Origin: Candidatus Zixiibacteriota bacterium
GTDB lineage: Bacteria; Zixibacteria; MSB-5A5; SM1-73
Length of the DNA: 64,000 nucleotides
Direction of reading: 5' to 3'
Assembly (NCBI GenBank): GCA_049679185.1
Contig: JBAUFO010000083.1
Location: forward strand, 25,958 to 89,957
Position numbers and translations under genes: made by a program. The notes beneath the pieces were generated by a model. It was given only the letters and a program-made list of their open reading frames with translations, was not told the origin of the DNA and made no database searches. Numbering within the stretch: position 1 is the stretch's first letter; each line of letters starts with the position of its first letter. Below are positions 1 to 9,072 of the stretch, one piece after another.

Positions 1-471
1 TTCCCGGTAGAAGTGAAGATACTTCTCAATGGTCAGTTTGGTCACTCCATAGGGGCAGAGGGGTCTTGCCGGGTGCTTTTCGTCGGCCGGGAAATAATCC
101 TGCTCTCCATAAATGGCCCCGCCGGTGGAAGCGAAGATGACTTTCTTTACCTTGTGCCTGACACAGGCATTCAGCAGATTCAAGCTGCCGAGGATATTTA
201 CGTCTGCGTCAAAGATCGGATCATCAGTCGACTTCCGCACGTCTATCTGAGCGGCGTGATGGCACAGCACGTCTGGTTTGGTCTTCTCGAAGATCTTACC
301 TATCACCGCGCTTCTGATGTCAACTTTATAGAATTTGGCCTTTTTGTTGACGTTGGATTCCACGCCCGTGGATAGATTATCAATTATGGTCACTTCGTGA
401 GCTTCTTGGATAAATCTGTCCGCTGCGTTTGATCCGATGAAGCCCGCTCCGCCGGTCAATATGATCTTCAC
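1..471 (-). CDS. NAD-dependent epimerase/dehydratase (GalE/SDR-like), N-terminal part; gene runs past the window start
   Basis: Reverse-complement translation from GTG at 471 gives MKIILTGGAGFIGSNAADRFIQEAHEVTIIDNLSTG..., i.e. a Rossmann GxxGxxG NAD-binding motif. A GGGAGGA Shine-Dalgarno sits 5-11 nt upstream at 476-482. The listed + ORF 13..375 is its antisense shadow. Confidence 0.8.
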   Translation of the reverse strand, partial: MKIILTGGAGFIGSNAADRFIQEAHEVTIIDNLSTGVESNVNKKAKFYKVDIRSAVIGKIFEKTKPDVLCHHAAQIDVRKSTDDPIFDADVNILGSLNLLNACVRHKVKKVIFASTGGAIYGEQDYFPADEKHPARPLCPYGVTKLTIEKYLHFYRE

Positions 472-1137
472 CAGTTATCCTCCCACCAGAAAGATAGATG
501 TTCCTCTTGCGCCAATACTCGTTTATCGGACAGGAATTATAGTCGAGTTTCACCTCAAAGTCAACATGAAGGTTTTGATTTTTATTGCCTTACAGTTCAC
601 CTGAAAGAATCATGCCGTTATGATAAAAGCAGGAGTCTTCTGTAAAGGGTCCGAGGAGCCCGGCGAGGATGCCGGGCTCCTGGAAGGGGCTGTTTTACTT
701 GAAAGAAGGAAAGAAATGCAATCATATGTTATAGCAAGATTTATGCCAAATTGATCAAATCTTGCACATTACGGGCGAAATGTAACGTAATCGTTTGTTG
801 CGCACCGCATTACGGAAAACCACTTTAGGCGTGTACCCCTTCTCTCATGCCTCACCGAGCAGGAAAATTCGTAAATTCTTACGAATTACCCAAAAATTCT
901 TTCGACTGAGAAGTGACAAGTTTCACGGTTTAATCTTTTGTTGCACAAGAAATTCTGGGCAAGAAACCGCGAAATCTTGTCAATTCTGCTGCCTGACGGC
1001 CTGGTTTTAATTCAAATGGAGGGAGAAGGTGGGAAAAGCGAGAGATGCCTATAGGTTGAAGGTGTGTAGCTTAGCAGCCTCGAGTGACTTGCTCCCGAGA
1101 ACAGGATAACACCCGGGTCTGCGGCCTGAAGGTTCAG

Positions 1138-1449
1138 TCAGATCTTTACTGCGGTTCCGCTCACGGTCACCATGAGCATGCCCTCTCGTACAGTCTCATA
1201 GTCCAGATCAACTCCCACAATTGCGTTTGCTCCGAGAGCGGCAGCATTCTCCTCCATCTCCGTGACAGCGATATCTCTGGCTCTTGTGAGCTCTTTTTCG
1301 TAGGCTGCAGAACGGCCTCCCACGATGTCGGTTATCGACGCGAAAATATCCTTTATGAGATTTGCGCCCATGATGGCCTCGCCGGTGACGATGCCCAGAT
1401 ACTCCTTTATCTCCTTGTCCTGGATGGTTGGTGTGGTGGTGACGATCAT
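1138..1449 (-). CDS. YbjQ/UPF0145 family (heavy-metal-binding-like) protein
   Basis: 103 aa, [36 protein letters not shown]...[25 protein letters not shown]; a characteristic full-length YbjQ-fold sequence. Confidence 0.85.
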   Translation of the reverse strand: MIVTTTPTIQDKEIKEYLGIVTGEAIMGANLIKDIFASITDIVGGRSAAYEKELTRARDIAVTEMEENAAALGANAIVGVDLDYETVREGMLMVTVSGTAVKI

Positions 1450-1542
1450 CGAATTCCTCCTTTACTCTGTTTCGGTTGTCTCATTGAGAATTCGCCCGAT
1501 GAATCGGGCGACTACGAGGTCATGTTTGATGGTTCGGGCTAT

Positions 1543-2676
1543 CTAGATTTTGATCTCAAAGATTCTATACTTCTTATAGAGCTTTGCTCCCAGAAGCTTG
1601 AGCACTCGATTCATGAGGGTGTTGTCCTCCAAGACCCAGGACATCTCGGCCCAGGTGTATCCTCTTTTCACCCCGACGTTGTAGCTTTGCACGTAAAAGA
1701 CCGTATCAATCCCCCTTTTTTGAAATTCGGGGGTCACCCCCATAGTGATTACGCGAACGCCGTCGATCTTTTTTCTAATCTTGGAGTGCCAGAGCAGCTT
1801 GAGGATTCCAAAGGGGAAAAGCCTTCCGTTCAATCTGGCAAGTACCTGGTTGAAGTCGGGTAAAGCAAGCGAAAAACCTGCCGGTCTCCCATCCACCTCC
1901 GCTATGAAGATCATGTGAGGATCCACGATCTGTTTCAGATTCTTAGCCAGGTGATCAAACTCCTCATCGGTCATGGGAACGAATCCCCAGTTCTTGCTCC
2001 AGGCGGCGTTGTAAATCTGCTTTATCAGCTTGATCTCTTTTTGAAATTCCTTCATGTCGATGTTTCTGATTCTCACATTCTGCCTTTTTCTAATGCTCTC
2101 CGCCATCCTGACCACTCTTTGCGGAGCGGGCAGGCTCTTGTCAATGAAATATGCATAAAGGTCCTTGGCTTTGACCATGCCGTACCTCGCCGCGAAAACC
2201 AGGTAGTAAGGGGGATTGTAGGTCATCATGATCACCGGCCGGGAGTCGAAACCCTCCAGCAGGAATCCCCATTCTTCGTTGGAGGAGAAATTCGCCGGGC
2301 CGCGCATGATCTCCATTCCTTTGGATTTGAGCCAATCCCGAACCTTGTCCAGAAGCGCTTTGGCAACTTCGTAGTCGTTCACGCATTCGAAGAATCCGAA
2401 GAACCCGACTTTCTCCTGGTGGTACTTTATGTGATTGTGATTGACTATACCGGCGATCCTCCCCAAGATCTTCCCATTCCTCTCTGCCAGATAGAGAACC
2501 ACCTTCGCATGTTTGAAGAAAGGATTCTTTTTTCTATCTAAGAATTCTTTTCTCTCGACGATCAGAGGAGAAACCCAGTGAGAGTCGTCCTTGTAGATAC
2601 GCCAAGGAAGTCTGATGAATCCCATCAGGTCACTTTTTGTTTCTACGACCCTGATACTTGGCTTTTGAGTTGGCAT
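1543..2676 (-). CDS. GNAT-fold acyltransferase, ~377 aa (FemAB-like / Acetyltransf_6-like); candidate N-acyltransferase partnered with the adjacent alpha-oxoamine synthase
   Basis: Length and layout match the ~380-aa GNAT-fold acyltransferase class. Same strand as the upstream AOS gene, 103 nt downstream of it. Family call rests on recalled sequence features, not a search. Confidence 0.55.
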   Translation of the reverse strand: MPTQKPSIRVVETKSDLMGFIRLPWRIYKDDSHWVSPLIVERKEFLDRKKNPFFKHAKVVLYLAERNGKILGRIAGIVNHNHIKYHQEKVGFFGFFECVNDYEVAKALLDKVRDWLKSKGMEIMRGPANFSSNEEWGFLLEGFDSRPVIMMTYNPPYYLVFAARYGMVKAKDLYAYFIDKSLPAPQRVVRMAESIRKRQNVRIRNIDMKEFQKEIKLIKQIYNAAWSKNWGFVPMTDEEFDHLAKNLKQIVDPHMIFIAEVDGRPAGFSLALPDFNQVLARLNGRLFPFGILKLLWHSKIRKKIDGVRVITMGVTPEFQKRGIDTVFYVQSYNVGVKRGYTWAEMSWVLEDNTLMNRVLKLLGAKLYKKYRIFEIKI

Positions 2677-2779
2677 TTGCCTTCAGAGGAATGCTGGCAG
2701 GTGTTTTTTCGCCGCCACTCGATGCCGGTTGGTGGAGAGCAGATGCAGCCCGCGGGAAATGAAGTATTTGAATCCGGTT

Positions 2780-3961
2780 CTAAATGACGCCCATCTTCTT
2801 GCCCACCCTTTCAAAGACCTTCAGGACCCTGTCCAGCTGCTCATCGGTATGTGTGGCAGTGTAGCTGGTGCGGAGGAGTTGGGAACCGGGAGCGACGGCG
2901 GGGCTGATTATGGGGTTGACGAATATGCCTTCATCCGAGAGCATCTTCCAGAATTGGAAGGTCTTCATGTCATCGCCTATGTAGATGGGAATGATGGGGG
3001 TCTGCGTTGGTCCTATGTCAAACCCCAAAGCTTTATACTCCTTGTGCATTCTCCTGGTGATCTCCCAGAGCCTCTCTCTTCTCTCCGGCTCGTTCTCGAT
3101 TATATCCAGAACTGCAAGGCAGGTCGCCACTGCGGCAGGCGGCGGGCTGGCGGAGAATATCAGCGGGCGGGAGAAATGCTGGATGTAATTAATTACCCTT
3201 TCGGTGCCCGCGATGAAGCCGCCCAGCGACGCGAACGATTTGGAGAAGGTGCCCATCACCATGTCCACCTCGTCCTCCACGCCAAAATGCTCTGCGGTGC
3301 CCCGGCCATTCTTACCCAAAACACCGATGGAATGAGCATCATCCACCATCACCCGGGCACAGTGCTTCTTGGCTAACTTCACTATCTCCGGTAGGTTGGC
3401 TATGTCTCCCTCCATGCTGAACACTCCATCCACCGCGATCAATTTTCCCGCGTTGTTTTCGCAGTTGCTCAAGACCCGCCCCAGATCAGACATGTCGTTG
3501 TGCTTGAACTTCACCACGGTTCCGTAAGATAGCCGGCAGGCATCCACTATGCTGGCATGATCCGATCTGTCGATGACGATATAGTCTTTCCGGTTCACCA
3601 GCGTGGCTATGGTTCCCAAATTTGTCTGGAAACCGGTGGAGAAGACCAAGACAGCTTCCTTTTTCATGAACTTGGCCAGTTTCTCCTCCAACTCCTCGTG
3701 GATTTCCAGAGTTCCGTTTAAGAACCTGGATCCGGTGCACCCGGAGCCAAACCTTTCCACCGCTTTAACGGCGGCCTCTTTCACCTTGGGATGCGAGGTT
3801 AAGCCCAGATAGTTGTTGGAACCGATCATGATCATCTGCTTTCCCTCGATGGTCACCTCGGTGTCCTGGCCGGAGGAGATAGCCCGAAAGTACGGGTAGA
3901 CCCCCAGCTTCTTTACCTCATCGGCCTCGGTGAAGCCTTGGCATTTTTCAAACAGGTCCAT
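2780..3961 (-). CDS. PLP-dependent alpha-oxoamine synthase, serine palmitoyltransferase-like (Spt/BioF/Kbl family)
   Basis: 393 aa. PLP-lysine motif [13 protein letters not shown] matches the TFSKS signature of bacterial SPT rather than GTLGKALG (Kbl) or the BioF motif. Contains DDAHSIG and the C-terminal HT-EQLD region. Confidence 0.85.
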   Translation of the reverse strand: MDLFEKCQGFTEADEVKKLGVYPYFRAISSGQDTEVTIEGKQMIMIGSNNYLGLTSHPKVKEAAVKAVERFGSGCTGSRFLNGTLEIHEELEEKLAKFMKKEAVLVFSTGFQTNLGTIATLVNRKDYIVIDRSDHASIVDACRLSYGTVVKFKHNDMSDLGRVLSNCENNAGKLIAVDGVFSMEGDIANLPEIVKLAKKHCARVMVDDAHSIGVLGKNGRGTAEHFGVEDEVDMVMGTFSKSFASLGGFIAGTERVINYIQHFSRPLIFSASPPPAAVATCLAVLDIIENEPERRERLWEITRRMHKEYKALGFDIGPTQTPIIPIYIGDDMKTFQFWKMLSDEGIFVNPIISPAVAPGSQLLRTSYTATHTDEQLDRVLKVFERVGKKMGVI

Positions 3962-4063
3962 TTTTCCTTATGGGATTTGAGATTCGCCGGTTTCGTTAAG
4001 ATTCGCCCTCCGGTTCTCTTTTTGGGACCGGAGTGCGTCGATTGCTGCCTGCTCAAACGCCTA

Positions 4064-4092
4064 ATCTTAAAGAAATGCCTTCCGATTGTCAA
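4064..4092 (-). promoter_or_regulatory. sigma70-like promoter for the AOS-GNAT-ybjQ transcription unit (-35 TTGACA, 17 nt, -10 TAAGAT on the minus strand)
   Basis: Minus strand reads TTGACA (4092-4087) + 17 nt + TAAGAT (4069-4064), about 100 nt upstream of the AOS start at 3961. Confidence 0.45.
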
Positions 4093-4154
4093 GAGAAAAA
4101 AGGAATGTATAGGCAGATCAAGCGATGGTCTTCCGGCGTCATGGGTAGCCTGGG

Positions 4155-5051
4155 CTATTCCTCCTTCTTGTGAACGCTGAGGAGGTCCACTCTGAAATCC
4201 TCCAGGAACTGTGAGATGTTTTCAGCCTGTCTCCCCTGGTAACGTCTCTGAAAGAGTTTGGTCAGAATAGTGGCACCGGACGGAATCTCCTTTGCTGAGA
4301 TACCGCAATAGGTCCCGTTGGAGATGCGGGCGATTTTCATTCCCAGCTTGCTTCCGCCGAAAAGCTGTCCGCTTTTGCTCTTACCGTGGGCGGGATTTAT
4401 CACCAGGATGGGAATCTCTGCTCTTCTGAAATCCTTAGAGATCCTCAGCGTCTCCTGATAGGCAGGCTCCTCCAGGAGATCGGCATACTTGTGGGTCAGC
4501 GGCTCGGGGAAACAATCGCTGATAAGAACGGCGAAGGGTATGAAGTTGGGCGATCTTCTTTTCTCCTGTTTGAACATCTCGACGGCTTTCTTAAGACCAT
4601 CTGCCAGGGGCGTGAAACCGGACGGGGAGAGACGGGCCAAGTTCCCCAGGGTTACCCTCAGATTGTTGGTGGGGTGATTCATGATCTTGGCAGAATTCCT
4701 CTGAAAAGCGATCAAGCCCAAACGATCCCTGTTCCTGTATGCATCGCGATACACTATGGAAAGCGCTTTGGAAACTGCAGGAAGGAAGTGATAGGTCGAG
4801 TAACTGGCATCGGTAATCAGAACCAGGGTGACCGAACTTCTTCCCTGTCTGACCCAGACCCGGAGGTCGGAGGTCTCCAATCTGATTTTGGGCTTAGCTT
4901 CACCTTTTCCACGGGTCACCAAAGCCGCGATTATGCTGGGAAGAATGGCGATGTTCTCTGTGGGAAGGGCTTTTGGTTTCTGAGAGCTGGTAGGCCGTCC
5001 CCGGGTGGAGGTGGTAAGACTTGCTGCCCGCTTACCCACAAACTGCCGCAT
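4155..5051 (-). CDS. von Willebrand factor A (VWA) domain protein, ChlD/BchD C-terminal-like; probably the 3' half of a frameshifted chlD-like gene
   Basis: MIDAS motif DASYS (LVLITDASYS), then GLIAF, GFTPLADGL and AVLISDC beta-strands, a typical VWA fold. The -1 frame upstream of the ATG stays open through the A9 tract at the end of the ChlI-like ORF. Confidence 0.7.
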   Translation of the reverse strand: MRQFVGKRAASLTTSTRGRPTSSQKPKALPTENIAILPSIIAALVTRGKGEAKPKIRLETSDLRVWVRQGRSSVTLVLITDASYSTYHFLPAVSKALSIVYRDAYRNRDRLGLIAFQRNSAKIMNHPTNNLRVTLGNLARLSPSGFTPLADGLKKAVEMFKQEKRRSPNFIPFAVLISDCFPEPLTHKYADLLEEPAYQETLRISKDFRRAEIPILVINPAHGKSKSGQLFGGSKLGMKIARISNGTYCGISAKEIPSGATILTKLFQRRYQGRQAENISQFLEDFRVDLLSVHKKEE

Positions 5052-5203
5052 TTTTCGAGGTGGAGCCTTCTTGGAGAGCTTAAGTTTCCACCGGTCAAAG
5101 TAAGATACCAGCGAACGCAGCGCCTCCTTGGGATTGACCAGCGGAACTCTGGCAACAAGCTGCTTCAGGGAGGGTTTGGGAGAAGATTTTTCGCTTGCAG
5201 GGG

Positions 5204-6346
5204 TTAGGAGTTTTTTTTTACGTCGGCGTCTCCACCGGGCTCAGCCATACCCGTGCCCTTTGGTGCGGAGACTTGAGCGCTGCCCTTTTCCTTCCACATG
5301 TATCCCCATTTTCGGGAGCTCTCCTCAAAGGCATCTTCAATCTCCTCTTGGGTGGGGGGCGGTTCAAGGCCGCCTTCGCGCGTACGGTGGGAGAGCGCCA
5401 GGTGCGAAGACTTCAGTAAGTCTTCCTCCTTGACCGTGGTTCTGCCGTCCAGAGCAGCCGCTGCACAGGCGGTCTTGGTAATCACGATGTCCGGGCGCTG
5501 CCCGTCTACCTTGAGTCGGGCACAAATGGAAGCGGCAATATGGTAAATCTCCTCCCGGACTTCGACCCTGGGAAGGAGAACCTGGGCCTTGGCGATTTTC
5601 CTTTCCAACTTTTCCGCCGCGTCCTTGAACTGATTCTTGAAACCTGGGGGATCCTTTTCAAAAAGAAGGTTGTTTTTGATTATCTGGACTCTGGCTTCCT
5701 CGTCGTTGACCGTTTTGATCAGGCTCGAAAGAGGAAACCGGTCCAGAATCTGCGGGCGAAGCTCCCCCTCCTCCGGATTCATGCTCCCTACAAATACAAA
5801 GCGGGTGGGATGGCTGACGGAAAATCCCTCCCGTTCAATGGTATTCCATCCCAGGGCGGTGGCATCCAGAAGGTCGTCAGTGATGTGATCGGGCAGCAGG
5901 TTGATCTCGTCCACATACAGAATATTCTGATTGGCCTGAGCCAGCAATCCGGGCTGCAAGGCCTTTTCGCCGTCTTTTAAGATTCTCTGCACGTCGATGG
6001 ATCCGATCAACCTGTCCTCGGTAATGCTCAAAGGGAGGTTGATCACTTCCATTCTCAATTCCATTTTGGGAACGTTCTCTCCCTTTTCGAATCTTGATCG
6101 GCAGGATTCGCACCTGTTGGCCGGATCTTGAAAAGAGCATCTGAAAGGGCAGTCGGCGACCACCTCCACCGGCGGCAGGATGTCAGCCAGCGCATAGACC
6201 GCCGTACTTTTGCCCGTACCTTTGGCTCCCCTGATCAGAAGCCCCCCGATTCGCGGATCGACCACATTCAAAAGCAAAGCCAACCTGAGGTCATCCTGCC
6301 CCACGATGGCGCCGAAAGGTAATGTGAGCCTTCCCCGTTTTGACAC
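5204..6346 (-). CDS. Mg-chelatase ChlI/BchI-type AAA+ ATPase with a C-terminal acidic/Pro-rich tail (ChlD-linker-like)
   Basis: Walker A GAKGTGKST, Walker B LYVDEINLL, ChlI-specific Cys-rich insertion CPFRCSFQDPANRCESCRSRF. About half the residues line up with BchI by eye. The C-terminal 55 aa (LEPPPTQEEIEDAFEESS...) resemble the ChlD inter-domain linker. Confidence 0.85.
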   Translation of the reverse strand: MSKRGRLTLPFGAIVGQDDLRLALLLNVVDPRIGGLLIRGAKGTGKSTAVYALADILPPVEVVADCPFRCSFQDPANRCESCRSRFEKGENVPKMELRMEVINLPLSITEDRLIGSIDVQRILKDGEKALQPGLLAQANQNILYVDEINLLPDHITDDLLDATALGWNTIEREGFSVSHPTRFVFVGSMNPEEGELRPQILDRFPLSSLIKTVNDEEARVQIIKNNLLFEKDPPGFKNQFKDAAEKLERKIAKAQVLLPRVEVREEIYHIAASICARLKVDGQRPDIVITKTACAAAALDGRTTVKEEDLLKSSHLALSHRTREGGLEPPPTQEEIEDAFEESSRKWGYMWKEKGSAQVSAPKGTGMAEPGGDADVKKNS

Positions 6347-6393
6347 GTTTCCTTCCTCTTAGCGAATTCGGTACCAAATGACGTCTTGAGATA

Positions 6394-6422
6394 AGTGTAC
6401 AATGTGCTTACATGAAAGTCAA
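6394..6422 (-). promoter_or_regulatory. candidate sigma70 promoter for the chlI-like gene (-35 TTGACT, 17 nt, -10 TACACT on the minus strand)
   Basis: Minus strand reads TTGACT (6422-6417) + 17 nt + TACACT (6399-6394), ~50 nt upstream of the start at 6346. Confidence 0.4.
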
Positions 6423-6540
6423 CTGAATTCTGCCTGAGGCCTGCATATGCTGATGCGGCATGATTGATTACTGCAGGATTGCTCTGCCTTTCTCAAATCG
6501 ACGGGCCACCTGCTGTGTGGCGGCCCTGTGATCCAAGTAT

Positions 6541-7329
6541 CTAACCGCGCATCCTTTGCTTTGCCACCTCGTGGAGAAGGATTCCGCCTGCTACAGCCAC
6601 GTTCAGGGATTCCGCTTTACCGTAAGTTGCGATGCGAATGACATCGTCGCAAAGCTGAAGCAACTCCTTGCCCAGTCCTTCCGCCTCGCTGCCGATTAAA
6701 AGGCAAATTTTCCCGGTCGGATTCAACCTCTCAATCTTGCGCCCCCTCCTGACATCCGTGCCGAGAATCTTGAATTTTCGTTTTTTCAACTGGGGAATCG
6801 CCTTCTCCAGGTCAACTTCATCGAAGACCGGCAGGTGAAAGACAGAACCCATGCTGGAGCGCACCACCTTGGGATTGTATAGCTCCACCGTCTCGCCTGA
6901 CAAAATCACTGCATCTATCCCCAATGCGTCCGCGGTTCTTATCAGCGTGCCCACGTTCCCCGGATCTCCGATGCCGTCCAAAGCCACAATCACTCTCAGG
7001 TTCCATTCCCACAAATCCTTCAGAGTGAGGCTCTTTGTTTTTGCGACAAAGACTATTCCCTGAGCGGTCACGGTATCCGAAAGCTTACCTAAAACCTGGC
7101 TTTTCACAGGTATCAGCTCAGTATTTCTCTTTTGCAGTTTTCTTAAGAGCCGTTTACCTCTGGGTTTCTGTTCAAAGGACCTGGTGAAGAGAACCGACTC
7201 GATGGGCCAGGAGGAGTCCGTTGCCTCCTCGCAAAGACGCAACCCCTCTATCAAGAATCTTCGCTGCTGGCTGCGGCCTTTCTTCGTCTTGAGCTTCGAG
7301 AACTCTGTGAGCCGTCGCTTTGAAAGCAT
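6541..7329 (-). CDS. TrmH/SpoU-family RNA 2'-O-methyltransferase (RlmB-like)
   Basis: LDGIGDPGNVGTLIRTADALGIDAVIL ... LLIGSEAEGL ... ESLNVAVAGGILLHE, the SPOUT knot motifs. Confidence 0.85.
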   Translation of the reverse strand: MLSKRRLTEFSKLKTKKGRSQQRRFLIEGLRLCEEATDSSWPIESVLFTRSFEQKPRGKRLLRKLQKRNTELIPVKSQVLGKLSDTVTAQGIVFVAKTKSLTLKDLWEWNLRVIVALDGIGDPGNVGTLIRTADALGIDAVILSGETVELYNPKVVRSSMGSVFHLPVFDEVDLEKAIPQLKKRKFKILGTDVRRGRKIERLNPTGKICLLIGSEAEGLGKELLQLCDDVIRIATYGKAESLNVAVAGGILLHEVAKQRMRG

Positions 7330-7461
7330 GAGCTATTTAGAATCGATCTTGAGGTTTATCGTAACTAACTCGAGTTTGACGTGGTAATCCAGACCTCGAG
7401 ACAATCCGACCCTTTTGTTCTGTAGTGCGATAATATGCAGGGTTCTAAGGAGATAGGCCAT

Positions 7462-8454
7462 TTACTTCAAGTGTTCTCTTATCGTCCTGCTCGCTTTCTC
7501 TATGGGATGCTTTGCCACGCGTTCTTTGAGCTTTAGGTAATTCTTCATTCCCGACTCGTATTCTCTCACCCATTTTCTGGCGAACCTACCGTCCTTGATA
7601 TCTTTTAAGATCTTCTCCATACGTTTTTCCACCTGCTTGGTTATTACTTGGCTTCCGGAGAGATAGGACCCGAACTCGGCGGTTTGGCTGATCCGATCGA
7701 ACATGCCAGCTATCCCATGAGATTTGATGGTATTCACGATATAGTCGAGTTGATGTACGCATTCCAGGTAGGCATTCTCCGGGGGGAATCCTGCTTTCAC
7801 CAGGACGTTGAAGCCACTTTTCAAAAGCTCGGTCATTCCGCCGCACAGGACCGCCTGTTCTCCGAAGAGATCGCCGACTGCCTCGTGCTCAAAGGTGGTC
7901 TCGAACGCCCCTGCTTTGGTACATCCGACGGCTTTGGCATAAGCTAAAGCCTTCTCCCTGGCCTTTCCACTTTTATCCTGTTTTACCGCGATGAAACAGG
8001 GAACTCCTTTTCCCTCTTGGAAGAGCTGTCTCATCACTGTGCCTGGAGCGTGGGGCGCAACCATGATCACGTCCACGAAATCGGGCGGCAGAACCAAGCG
8101 GAAATGGACGGAGAAACCGCAGGCAAAGATCAGCGTCTTGCCGGGACTTACGTGCGGCCCAATCTGCTCCTGATAAACCTTTTTATGAAGATGATCCGGA
8201 GCCAGGATAGAGATCAGGTTTCCCCCTTGAACGGCCTTTGGGGTGGAGTAAACCTCAAAGCCATCTTTGCCAGCCTGCTTCTTGCTTTTGCTTCGCGCAG
8301 GCAGTCCGATTATCACTTCGAGTCCGGAATCCCTGAGATTCAATGCTTGCGCTCGTCCCTGACTGCCGTAGCCAATGACAGCTATGGTTTTGTTCTTGAG
8401 GTATCTCAAGTTGGCCTGTTTATCCGTGTATATCTTGAGAGCAGATTTCCTCAT
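7462..8454 (-). CDS. ilvC: ketol-acid reductoisomerase
   Basis: 330 aa. IAVIGYGSQGRAQALNLRDSG NADPH-binding N-terminus and the conserved IlvC C-terminal domain (FETTFEHEAVGDLFGEQAVLCGG). Confidence 0.95.
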   Translation of the reverse strand: MRKSALKIYTDKQANLRYLKNKTIAVIGYGSQGRAQALNLRDSGLEVIIGLPARSKSKKQAGKDGFEVYSTPKAVQGGNLISILAPDHLHKKVYQEQIGPHVSPGKTLIFACGFSVHFRLVLPPDFVDVIMVAPHAPGTVMRQLFQEGKGVPCFIAVKQDKSGKAREKALAYAKAVGCTKAGAFETTFEHEAVGDLFGEQAVLCGGMTELLKSGFNVLVKAGFPPENAYLECVHQLDYIVNTIKSHGIAGMFDRISQTAEFGSYLSGSQVITKQVEKRMEKILKDIKDGRFARKWVREYESGMKNYLKLKERVAKHPIEKASRTIREHLK

Positions 8455-8572
8455 GGTTGATCGTCCGTCCTTCCAGCTATCTCACAGAATATAACCCTGG
8501 CACCCCGCTTGTCAAAAGCAAAAAGAGTAAAAAACCAACTCACCAGATTAGCTTATATCCGATAGGAGTGGA

Positions 8573-8848
8573 TCAGGAGATGAGGATAACGATGACGAAG
8601 AGAGTCAAGAGGAGGGCTGCCAGAGGAAGAAGCACTCTAACTATGATAAGGGAGATAATCCGAAGGAGCTGATAGACCAGCCAGAGTCCGAGGAGAGTCA
8701 TAAAGAGATACAGCCCCAACTGTCCAAATGGCCCCGCGAGGTCGCCGACCCGTTGGGTAAGCTCAGAAAACGAGCTTAAGAGCAGCTTGATGAAAAAGAG
8801 GGCCGCCCCAAGAATCTGATCCAACCAAACGTTCATATCCAAAGACAC
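8573..8848 (-). CDS. small hypothetical membrane protein (2-3 TM helices)
   Basis: 91-aa ORF with strongly hydrophobic segments; no recognisable motif. Confidence 0.35.
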   Translation of the reverse strand: MSLDMNVWLDQILGAALFFIKLLLSSFSELTQRVGDLAGPFGQLGLYLFMTLLGLWLVYQLLRIISLIIVRVLLPLAALLLTLFVIVILIS

Positions 8849-9072
8849 CGGCCGGGCTCCTTACTTTTTCTCCGGCAGCCTACTGTAAGCTCATCCCCCC
8901 ACAGGCGAGCAACTGTAGTCCTAAACTAATTAAATGCCGCTGACGGATTTTGTCAAGGATTATTCGTTCGGGAGTTAGCATAGCGGCAGCCCGCGCAAAA
9001 ACTATTTGCATATGAGAGAAATAGGATTAAATTGGTTTTTCGAGAGGCAAGGCTGAAGAAAAGGCGAGATTC

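Noticed and set aside
13-375. 120-aa + strand ORF at the left edge
   Set aside because: It is the antisense shadow of the minus-strand GalE-like epimerase (whose reverse-complement translation gives a clean GxxGxxG Rossmann N-terminus with an SD); no motif of its own.
1084-1863. 259-aa + strand ORF
   Set aside because: Lies antisense across ybjQ and the GNAT gene; low-complexity Cys/His/Gly-rich translation typical of a GC-rich antisense frame.
2780-3961. Alternative identity of the alpha-oxoamine synthase as Kbl (2-amino-3-ketobutyrate CoA ligase) paired with a GalE-like threonine dehydrogenase
   Set aside because: The PLP-Lys motif is TFSKS (SPT-type), not GTLGKALG (Kbl). The epimerase is 1.8 kb away across two other genes rather than adjacent. 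Kept as the main alternative in the ceramide finding.
4386-5207. 273-aa + strand ORF
   Set aside because: Antisense to the VWA gene and the ChlI tail; Gly/Arg-rich with no domain. The minus-strand genes have clear Walker and MIDAS motifs.
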